Origin: an uncultured Candidatus Micrarchaeota archaeon
Lineage (GTDB): Archaea > Micrarchaeota > Micrarchaeia > Micrarchaeales > Micrarchaeaceae
Reading direction: 5' to 3'
Assembly: GCA_963804175.1 (NCBI GenBank)
Contig: CAWDPD010000001.1
Location: 62,817 to 126,816, forward strand
DNA length: 64,000 nucleotides
Position numbers and translations under genes: made by a program. Below the pieces are notes generated by a model. The model was not told the origin of the DNA, ran no database searches, and saw only the letters and a program-made list of their open reading frames with translations. Positions 57,488 to 64,000 of the stretch are shown here, piece by piece. The stretch's first letter is position 1; every line of letters begins with the position of its first letter.

Positions 57488-58483
57488 ATGAAATATCGTA
57501 TTCTTGGAAAAACTGGATACAAAGTAAGCGAAATAGGCCATGGCTTATGGGGAGCGGGAGGAAGTAGCTGGTTTGGTGCATCAGACGATGAGATAAGGTT
57601 GGCATTGCAACTCTCATTAGATTTGGGTTGTAACTTCTTTGATTCTGCATATGTATATGGTACTGGGAAAAGTGATAAACTTTTGGGTGAACTAATAGCC
57701 AAAAACCCACATAAGAAGATCTATGCCGCTTCCAAGATTCCCCCTCTAACCATGAAATGGCCTGCTTCTGCAAAGGAATCGTATGAAGAGTCGTATCCGA
57801 TTGATCATGTCCTAGAGTATGCTGAAGTAATAAGGAAATCTTTATGTGTCCAAACTATTGATCTACTACAATTTCATACATGGGAAGACAGTTGGGTAGA
57901 AAACAACGAGTGGAAAAAGACCGTAAAGACGTTGAAGGAGCGAAAATTGGCCAACGCTGTCGGGATAAGCATAAATAAATGGGAGGCAGGCAACGGTATT
58001 AAAGCCGTAAAGACGGGGCTTCTTGATTCAGTGCAAGTTGTATACAATATATTTGAACAGGCCCCCGACGATAAACTTTTTGAGATATGTAAAGAGATGA
58101 ATGTTGGAGTCATCGCAAGGGTTCCGCTTGATGAGGGTAGCCTTTCGGGCAAATTAACCCTAGAATCAAAGTTTGACGAAAATGATTACAGATTCAAGTA
58201 TTTCAGCAAGGAAAATTTGATTCCCACATTAAAACGTGTAGATGAAATTAAAAAACTAGTGCCAGATAATATGACGCTGTCTCAATTTTCATTAAGATTC
58301 ATACTGTCAAATCCTATTGTTTCTACCACAATAGTTGGAATGAGAAATACCTCTCATGTGCAAGAGAACTTTAGTGTTAGCGATGGTAAAAACCTTGATA
58401 AAGATATGCTTTCAGAGTTACGTAACCACAGGTGGGATAGGACCCGCGGAGCTTCGATAGATTGGAGCACCAAAAACAAGTAA
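57488..58483 (+). CDS. Aldo/keto reductase
   Basis: The sequence reads LGKTGYKVSEIGHGLWG...FFDSAYVYGTGKSDKLLGE... Confidence 0.85.
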   Translation: MKYRILGKTGYKVSEIGHGLWGAGGSSWFGASDDEIRLALQLSLDLGCNFFDSAYVYGTGKSDKLLGELIAKNPHKKIYAASKIPPLTMKWPASAKESYEESYPIDHVLEYAEVIRKSLCVQTIDLLQFHTWEDSWVENNEWKKTVKTLKERKLANAVGISINKWEAGNGIKAVKTGLLDSVQVVYNIFEQAPDDKLFEICKEMNVGVIARVPLDEGSLSGKLTLESKFDENDYRFKYFSKENLIPTLKRVDEIKKLVPDNMTLSQFSLRFILSNPIVSTTIVGMRNTSHVQENFSVSDGKNLDKDMLSELRNHRWDRTRGASIDWSTKNK

Positions 58484-58582
58484 ACATCATCGGTTGTGTG
58501 TCTAGATAGAATAAAGTATCTGCTTAGGGGACTATGGGACACCATAACAAACTTTAAATAGCTAGACATCCAAAATACACCT

Positions 58583-58774
58583 ATGCAAAGGCAACAAGAG
58601 ATTAAGACAATAGAAAAGCGACTCGGAAACCTAGAGGCCCAGATTACGCTTATATTAAATGCCATGAAAAAGAAGAAGGCCAGCAATCTAGATATAGGTC
58701 TGGAAGAATTAAGGACCGGCAAAGTCCATAGGTACAAGTCTGTAAAGGCATTGGCAAGCGATGTTTGGGACTGA
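58583..58774 (+). CDS. Putative antitoxin (63 aa) of the downstream RelE-like gene
   Basis: This is a small helical ORF 21 nt upstream of the toxin gene. The family was not recognised, and the call rests on context. Confidence 0.45.
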   Translation: MQRQQEIKTIEKRLGNLEAQITLILNAMKKKKASNLDIGLEELRTGKVHRYKSVKALASDVWD

Positions 58775-58795
58775 TTATAAATTGGTGCTCTAAAA

Positions 58796-59050
58796 ATGAC
58801 ATACGAAGTGCATCTAGCTGATAGTGTAAGGGAAAGACTCAGGAAGATGGTCAAAAAAGATTCGTTAACATATAAAAGACTTTTTAAGCTCTTCAATCAA
58901 CTTTCCGAAAACCCGTATGGCGTAGGCAAATGGATGCACAATGAGTATGCAGGAGTAAGGGAACGGCATGTCGGGCATTTTGTAGTAAAATACGTCATAA
59001 ACGAAAATGCAAAGACGGTTACAATAGTAGATTATGAGCATCACGTATAG
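58796..59050 (+). CDS. RelE/YoeB-superfamily type II toxin
   Basis: The 84-aa protein reads ...LSENPYGVGKWMHNEYAGVRERHVGHFVVKYVINENAKTVTIVDYEHH. Confidence 0.7.
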   Translation: MTYEVHLADSVRERLRKMVKKDSLTYKRLFKLFNQLSENPYGVGKWMHNEYAGVRERHVGHFVVKYVINENAKTVTIVDYEHHV

Positions 59051-59082
59051 AAAAGTAAGATATTCAATAGTTAGATGTATGT

Positions 59083-59163
59083 ATTTAGCTTCTCATGACC
59101 TCATATGGAGCCATATGACAGTGTTAGGGATTTGAACAATTTTTGTAATGTTCGATGGGAGCA
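59083..59163. repeat. 81-nt repeat, copy 1 (ends in the tRNA-Glu 3' terminus)
   Basis: The sequence is ATTTAGCTTCTCATGACCTCATATGGAGCCATATGACAGTGTTAGGGATTTGAACAATTTTTGTAATGTTCGATGGGAGCA. The last 39 nt are identical to copy 2. Confidence 0.8.
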
Positions 59164-59220
59164 CCATCGACTGCAGCACATCTAAGGATTGTAGTTCGGA
59201 TCGCTCACAACAAAAGAAAG

Positions 59221-59856
59221 ATGGCCATTAAAGATAAAATTTATGTGAAGAGTATGGTACAAAATAAAACTGTAAAATCAAAAAGTAAAATCTTGACGTT
59301 ATTGAGGAAAACAGAAAGACTAAGGCTACGGCCCCTGGGATTAAAAGATGTCAGATCCCTAGTCGAAATAGGAAATGAAAAACTGCTTAGTTCCTTTACT
59401 ATGTATCTTCCGTTTCCTTTTGGAGTAAAAGATGCTAAAAAAGTAATTCTTGACGGAACTGAAGGGCTCAAGGAAAGGAGAATGTATAGATTCGGTATTG
59501 AACTAAATGAACAAAAAAAGATTATTGGCATAATTGATATTTATGATATAAATGGGAGGGACAGAAAAGCGAAAATAGGTTATTGGTTAGGTAAAGAATA
59601 TCGCGGTAGGGGATTTGCTTCCGAAGCAGTAAATAATGTTTTAGATCTAGCTTTTAAGAAATTAAGCTTAAATAAAGTGAGTGCAAAAACCCTTAAGTAT
59701 AATACTAAATCTAATAATATTCTTAATAAGTTTAAGTTCAAAAGGGTTGCAGTTTTAAGAAAAGATAAAAATATTGATGGAAAATTAACTGATACCTATA
59801 TTTGGGAATTAACTAAAGAAGATTTTTCTAGAGATAAACCTTTTGGTAACAAGTGA
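59221..59856 (+). CDS. GNAT acetyltransferase (RimJ/RimL-like)
   Basis: The sequence reads LRLRPLGLKDVRSLVEI...IGYWLGKEYRGRGFASEAVNNVLDLAF. ATG 59221 is preferred because the tracked start at 59155 lies inside the repeat. Confidence 0.8.
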   Translation: MAIKDKIYVKSMVQNKTVKSKSKILTLLRKTERLRLRPLGLKDVRSLVEIGNEKLLSSFTMYLPFPFGVKDAKKVILDGTEGLKERRMYRFGIELNEQKKIIGIIDIYDINGRDRKAKIGYWLGKEYRGRGFASEAVNNVLDLAFKKLSLNKVSAKTLKYNTKSNNILNKFKFKRVAVLRKDKNIDGKLTDTYIWELTKEDFSRDKPFGNK

Positions 59857-59864
59857 TACAGAAA

Positions 59865-60263
59865 TTACCTTTTTCTATAACCGAATATTTTATCGTATTC
59901 TTTATGATCTATTATATCTAACACATCGAGCCAAATTGAGAGTATTTCTACTTTTGGATTTTCTCTTTGTAGTTGTTTTAATGTGTAAATCATCCTCCAG
60001 CCGCCAGAAAGGTTAACCTTCCACAAATTGGTTACTTCATATTCAACAATATACTTTTGCGGTACAAGATTCCTCGGTATATGTATCGCCTTGTCATAAT
60101 CTTTCTTCAGGGCCTCTATCTTACTGTTTATAGACTTTAGCAATGTCTGATGGAATGAATTTGTAATGCCTTTTGTTACTTCGCTCTCTGATGTTTTCTC
60201 GAGCTGAATGTATGCCTCTTTTGCGTCGCCAAGTAACTTTACGACCGCACGTTTTTCTACCAT
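59865..60263 (-). CDS. RelE/ParE-superfamily toxin-like protein with a ~60-aa helical N-terminal extension
   Basis: The C-terminal pattern is NLWKVNLSGGWRMIYTLKQ...VEILSIWLDVLDIIDHKEYDKIFGY. Confidence 0.55.
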   Translation of the reverse strand: MVEKRAVVKLLGDAKEAYIQLEKTSESEVTKGITNSFHQTLLKSINSKIEALKKDYDKAIHIPRNLVPQKYIVEYEVTNLWKVNLSGGWRMIYTLKQLQRENPKVEILSIWLDVLDIIDHKEYDKIFGYRKR

Positions 60264-60267
60264 AGGG

Positions 60268-60543
60268 TCACATTTGGAGGGCTTCTTTCTCTGCCCTTTC
60301 TAATTTTTTACTAGGATTAAAAGTCCAAATAAAACCCTTTTTAGTTTCAAGAACCATACCCCTTCTCTCCATGTAATCAAGAGCAAGGTTCAAGGTGGAA
60401 CGCATCACCTTTGTTGGTAGTTTTGCTAGTATTTTATTTCTGCTAAGTGGGTTGTTCGCTTTCTTGACTACCTCTTCTATTGCTAGGATTGTTTTAAGAG
60501 TAGGATAATGTACTATTTCCCTTTGTATTTGTTCCTGCATCAT
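60268..60543 (-). CDS. Winged-helix DNA-binding protein, putative antitoxin/regulator of the downstream toxin-like gene
   Basis: This 91-aa protein (...LSRNKILAKLPTKVMRSTLNLALDYMERRGMVLETKKGFIWTF) ends 4 nt before the toxin-like ORF. Confidence 0.5.
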   Translation of the reverse strand: MMQEQIQREIVHYPTLKTILAIEEVVKKANNPLSRNKILAKLPTKVMRSTLNLALDYMERRGMVLETKKGFIWTFNPSKKLERAEKEALQM

Positions 60544-60620
60544 TTACACCTAATAAATATATAACCTTATAAATATATAAGGGTATCTATTAAGGTGGTA
60601 CATTGATATAGTTTATATAC

Positions 60621-60701
60621 ATTTAGCACCATATGACATCGTATGGAGTCATATGATAGTGAAAGGGATTTGAACAATTTTTGTAATGTTCGATGGGAGC
60701 A
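60621..60701. repeat. 81-nt repeat, copy 2
   Basis: The sequence is ATTTAGCACCATATGACATCGTATGGAGTCATATGATAGTGAAAGGGATTTGAACAATTTTTGTAATGTTCGATGGGAGCA. Confidence 0.8.
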
Positions 60702-60923
60702 AAAGAAAAAATGGGATATATTATAGATGCGATTTCCAACAGTTTGCCTAATTATACCTCGCCTGAACACATTATTAATTTCTATTATCCCACTTCTGTC
60801 TTATTGAAAGCATGGATCGCAAGTAGTCTTAGATGCAGGGCCGCACCCGTACAGGCACATTGTGCTTTGCCTAGGCTGCATCTACCAGCCTCTCGGTAAT
60901 GCCTGCTGGGCTTTGCCCTCGGT

Positions 60924-62171
60924 TCACTTCTTCTCTGCCGCCTTGTTTTTCTTCGAAGCACTTGCAGCCATCCTCCTTCTGGCTATCACCACAACGATTA
61001 TGGCGATCACCACGACAGCTGCTGCTATTTCCAAGGTGGAATTTCCGACACCGCCGCTTGCAACGGTAACGAAATAGTTGTTCGATCCGGAGAACTGCTG
61101 GTTGATCGCGCCGTTCGGCTGCTTCCACTGCTCGTAGAGAGTAACAGGATAGTTGCCTGGAACTCCCGAATTGTCAACGCTGATAAGGAATGTCACGTTA
61201 GTGGAGGAGCCTGGCTGCAGGTCGCTTACGTAGGCTGTACTCGCGATGGGAGTTATCGGGTATGTTGTCTGTAGGCTCAGCTGCAGCTGGTCCGCAGCAG
61301 AGGTTCCGTTGTTGGTGACTCTGAACTGCACCGGCATATCTGTAGCCCCAACATTTACAGGAACCTTGACTGTGGATCCTATACTGAACTGTGCCGCGGG
61401 TGCAACAGAGAGGGCGATATTCTGTGTACTGCTGAACCGCTGCTGCAGGTTGGAAGAATAGTATGCTGTGCTGGCTACTATATCAGTCTGGCCGGTGTTC
61501 TGTGCTGAAACCAAAAGAGGCTCGGTAACTGACGAACCCTGCGTTAGGTTCGATATAAAGAATGTGCTTACCGAACTTAGAATGTTTATGCCACTGCCGC
61601 TGCTGACTACAATGCTTACGTTCCTTGCGGTGCCGTAGCCGGTGTTCTCCACCTGGAGATCTATTGTCTGGTTGTGCCCGGAATAGAGCGCCGCGGGCTG
61701 CGGGCTCGCAACCACTACTTTTATCTCAGGCTTGTTGCTTACGTAAAAGTTGATCGGCATTGATGAAGAGGCGGTTTCGGTACCTGTAGCAGCATACACG
61801 AAATATTCTGCTGTAAATGTGACCGTATAAACTCCAGAGGGTGTCGTGTTGGGTATCTTGATTGTATAATTGTAATACTCGGAGTTGAGCCCGGGGTCCA
61901 GTAGTCCGATGATACGGCTGCTTAGCGGGGATACGTTTAACAATGGGTAGCTGCCGCTAGGCTGTATGGTTGCACCATAAAACCAGGTTTCGTACGCATT
62001 GTACAATTGGAACTTTATCGTTGCATTGCCGCCGGCAACAACCGGGTTCGGGGAAACAGATAGGTTGGTCAGGGAGATAGCGCTGTCGTACTGTGCAACG
62101 ACCGTACCGCTCAGGATTACCAAGGCTGCAAATACCAGGAAGACATATTTCGTTTTCATTAATTTCACCAA
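60924..62171 (-). CDS. Secreted S-layer-domain-like (COG1361/CARDB-type) protein with a C-terminal TM anchor
   Basis: The Sec signal is MKTKYVFLVFAALVILSGTVVA. Repeated beta-rich modules are present (LSVSPNPVVAGGNATIKFQLYN..., VENTGYGTARNVSIVV...). The C-terminus is IAAAVVVIAIIVVVIARRR, and the gene lies downstream of an ABC-2 transporter pair. Confidence 0.6.
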   Translation of the reverse strand: MVKLMKTKYVFLVFAALVILSGTVVAQYDSAISLTNLSVSPNPVVAGGNATIKFQLYNAYETWFYGATIQPSGSYPLLNVSPLSSRIIGLLDPGLNSEYYNYTIKIPNTTPSGVYTVTFTAEYFVYAATGTETASSSMPINFYVSNKPEIKVVVASPQPAALYSGHNQTIDLQVENTGYGTARNVSIVVSSGSGINILSSVSTFFISNLTQGSSVTEPLLVSAQNTGQTDIVASTAYYSSNLQQRFSSTQNIALSVAPAAQFSIGSTVKVPVNVGATDMPVQFRVTNNGTSAADQLQLSLQTTYPITPIASTAYVSDLQPGSSTNVTFLISVDNSGVPGNYPVTLYEQWKQPNGAINQQFSGSNNYFVTVASGGVGNSTLEIAAAVVVIAIIVVVIARRRMAASASKKNKAAEKK

Positions 62172-62184
62172 TAATCATTATACA

Positions 62185-63306
62185 TCATAGTTCCTTGCTG
62201 GATTTATTGAATAGGAAATATGCTAGAATTATCATCACTCCAGTGAAGGAAAGCAGTATCAAAGTGGTTGACAGCAGCGTGCTTATGGGAAGGGAACCCT
62301 TTATCATTATGTCCCTGACTGCGTTTACGGCATAGAACAGCGGATTTACGGCAACGACCGGCTGCAGGAAGCCAGGTAGCAATGTGACCGGGACGAATGC
62401 TCCTGCCAGGAATGAGAGCGGTAGGGTCAGGGTCTGCGCGACCAGCGCGTATGTTTGGAGCTGTTTCATTCGCACAGCAAGCGCTATGGCGAGTGCGCTG
62501 AAGCCCAGCCCGACAAGGAAGACTATCCAGACAAGCTCCATGAACCCTATTATCCCGGCAGCTATGGTTGCACCATACAACAGGCCTATCGCCAGGCCTA
62601 TGTAGGCGGACAGTATGGACTGAAATGTACCGTATGCTATCTTGCTGAGTAGGATTGAAAACTTGTTTATCGGAGTGGTAAGGAAGGCCTTGAGGTTGCC
62701 TAATTCTCTATCGCTCAGCAGCGTGAAGCCGGAAGTGAACACGGCGCCAAATGAGGCCACCATGACAAGAATGCCGCCAACCACGAAGCTGAGATAGTTG
62801 CTGCTGGCTCCGTATACATAATTGGACACTACAGACACAATGCTTCGGCTTCCTCCGGGAACTTCTGAGGCCGTTGCAGTTGCGCCCATCTGCGCCGCGG
62901 CCGAATCTACCGTTGATGCGGCGACCTCTGAGGACTGTGGCTGCGAGTTGTCAAGGTAAATGTATATGCTCCTATCTATACCGCTTGAGAATCCTGAGGG
63001 TATCACCACGATTGCGGCGATCTTGCCTTCAGAGAGGAGGGCCGTGGCCTCCTGTTGCGTGGTCTGGCTGACTATTGCGACTGAGCCACCGCTCTGGAGC
63101 AGGTTTGTGAAATTCAGCGCGCTTGCGCCGTTGTCGTAGTTCACTACCGCTATCGGGACGTTCTTCGGCGTGCTGCCGAAGCTTCCGAGCAGGAGTATGA
63201 ATATGATTGGAAATATCAAAGACCTGATTAGGTTGACTCTCAGGTTTTTCTTGAATATGAGCAGCTCCCTGAGGAAGAGCGTTGATGTGTCTCCTAGCAG
63301 GCCCAT
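62185..63306 (-). CDS. ABC-2-type transporter permease
   Basis: The 373-aa protein has an N-terminal TM segment, a large external loop and a 5-TM C-terminal bundle. Its start abuts the stop of the ATPase gene. Confidence 0.75.
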   Translation of the reverse strand: MGLLGDTSTLFLRELLIFKKNLRVNLIRSLIFPIIFILLLGSFGSTPKNVPIAVVNYDNGASALNFTNLLQSGGSVAIVSQTTQQEATALLSEGKIAAIVVIPSGFSSGIDRSIYIYLDNSQPQSSEVAASTVDSAAAQMGATATASEVPGGSRSIVSVVSNYVYGASSNYLSFVVGGILVMVASFGAVFTSGFTLLSDRELGNLKAFLTTPINKFSILLSKIAYGTFQSILSAYIGLAIGLLYGATIAAGIIGFMELVWIVFLVGLGFSALAIALAVRMKQLQTYALVAQTLTLPLSFLAGAFVPVTLLPGFLQPVVAVNPLFYAVNAVRDIMIKGSLPISTLLSTTLILLSFTGVMIILAYFLFNKSSKEL

Positions 63307-63307
63307 A

Positions 63308-64000
63308 TCATCTTCGCCCCACCATCATATTCCCTCTCGCGCTCTTGAAATCGCCTTCTGTGTCCCTCACCTCTGAGCCCGTCAGCTTGAGGAAGACGTC
63401 GTCTATTGTCGGCTCGTGCATGCTTATGTTGGATATCCTTATCTTGTTGGCGGTTATCGCCTTGATTAGCTTCTCTATCCTCTCTGTCGCGTTGCTTCCT
63501 CCTGGGGCTGTGACCTTGTTGGTAAGAACCTGTGGCTCAAGCCCGACCCTCCTGAATACGGTAGCGACCTTCTGCAGGTCGTCCTTATCAGCAGATACCT
63601 CGATTATGTTGCTCATCCCTATCTTTTGCCTCAGCTCGCTAGGCGTGCCGAGCGCTATCAGCTTTCCGTGATCGATTATTCCTATCCTGTTGCAGAGCTG
63701 ATCGGATTCCTCGAGATACTGTGTCGTAAGCAGTATGGTTATGTTCTGCTCCTTGTTTATCTTTCGGAGCAGGTTCCAGATCTTCGTCCTGTTCTGGATA
63801 TCTAGACCCGTAGTGGGCTCATCGAGCAGAAGCACCTTTGGCGCGTGCATCAGCGACTTGGCGGTCTCCAGTCTTCTTTTCATTCCGCCGGAGAAGGTGC
63901 CCGCATACGCATTCCTGAAGTTGGCCAAATCGGCAAGATCAAGCGCGAAGTCTATATCCTTCTTGAGCTCTGACTGGGGAATGTGGTAGAGCTTGCCGAA
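63308..64000 (-). CDS. ABC transporter ATP-binding protein (N-terminus lies beyond the window end)
   Basis: The signature motif is FSGGMKRRLETAKSL, Walker B is VLLLDEPTTGLD, and the H-loop is LLTTQYLEE. The ORF stays open to position 64000. Confidence 0.85.
   Translation of the reverse strand, partial: FGKLYHIPQSELKKDIDFALDLADLANFRNAYAGTFSGGMKRRLETAKSLMHAPKVLLLDEPTTGLDIQNRTKIWNLLRKINKEQNITILLTTQYLEESDQLCNRIGIIDHGKLIALGTPSELRQKIGMSNIIEVSADKDDLQKVATVFRRVGLEPQVLTNKVTAPGGSNATERIEKLIKAITANKIRISNISMHEPTIDDVFLKLTGSEVRDTEGDFKSARGNMMVGRR

Larger units (their letters stand above)
57458..60701. mobile_element. tRNA-Glu-anchored two-cassette accessory array (integrase-less remnant of site-specific integrations?)
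   Basis: Two cassettes (57458-59163 and 59164-60701) each end in an 81-nt repeat. The last 11 nt of that repeat (CGATGGGAGCA) equal the 3' end of tRNA-Glu. Each cassette carries one enzyme gene plus one TA pair, and the region is AT-richer than its flanks. Confidence 0.4.

Noticed and set aside
59155-59220. The tracked start of the GNAT ORF at 59155 gives a 22-residue N-terminal extension (MGAPSTAAHLRIVV...).
   Set aside because: That ATG lies inside the 81-nt repeat, in its tRNA-Glu 3'-end core. The downstream ATG at 59221 gives a normal RimJ/L-like N-terminus.
1-64000. I looked across the whole window for CRISPR arrays, rRNA genes, transposases, integrases, and viral capsid or terminase genes.
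   Set aside because: None were recognised in the ORF track or the sequence. The tRNA-linked cassettes therefore lack an identifiable recombinase within this window.

Overview
This is an archaeal chromosome segment, about 45-50% GC by eye, with several clearly AT-richer blocks. Most of it is core and informational genes. These include leuS (partial), Fe/Mn superoxide dismutase, and both ether-lipid prenyltransferases (DGGGP synthase and GGGP synthase). A conserved block runs rpoD / tRNA-Leu / MazG-like / L18e / L13 / S9 / rpoN / tRNA-Pro / S2. Also present are L11-Spt5, ScpA-ScpB, RNase Z, archaeal DnaG, Alba, aIF2-gamma / S6e / Cdc48, EF-1alpha / S10, Sua5, TldD-PmbA, agmatinase and several glycosyltransferases. 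Many secreted or anchored proteins are rich in Asn-X-Ser/Thr. There are five tRNA genes: Pro-GGG, Leu-GAG, Val-GAC, Val-CAC and Glu-TTC. Accessory content consists of four type II toxin-antitoxin pairs. Two of them sit in a cassette array that starts at tRNA-Glu and is delimited by 81-nt repeats ending in the tRNA-Glu 3' terminus. A third is bracketed by 28-nt imperfect repeats next to an orphan 3' half of a tRNA-Val. The most unusual signal is eight single-nucleotide (+1) reading-frame breaks in otherwise well-conserved genes. Six of them are packed into about 1 kb of the essential S2 / rpoN / S9 genes, and the other two are in tldD and a ydeI-like gene. Other points worth a look are a tRNA-Pro with a ~21-nt insertion in its T arm, a 38-codon poly-Asp/Glu ORF upstream of cdc48, and several orphan proteins. 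I saw no rRNA, CRISPR array, transposase or integrase. All calls come from reading the ORF track and hand translation. Nothing was searched or computed, and the frame-break positions are approximate to within a few nucleotides.
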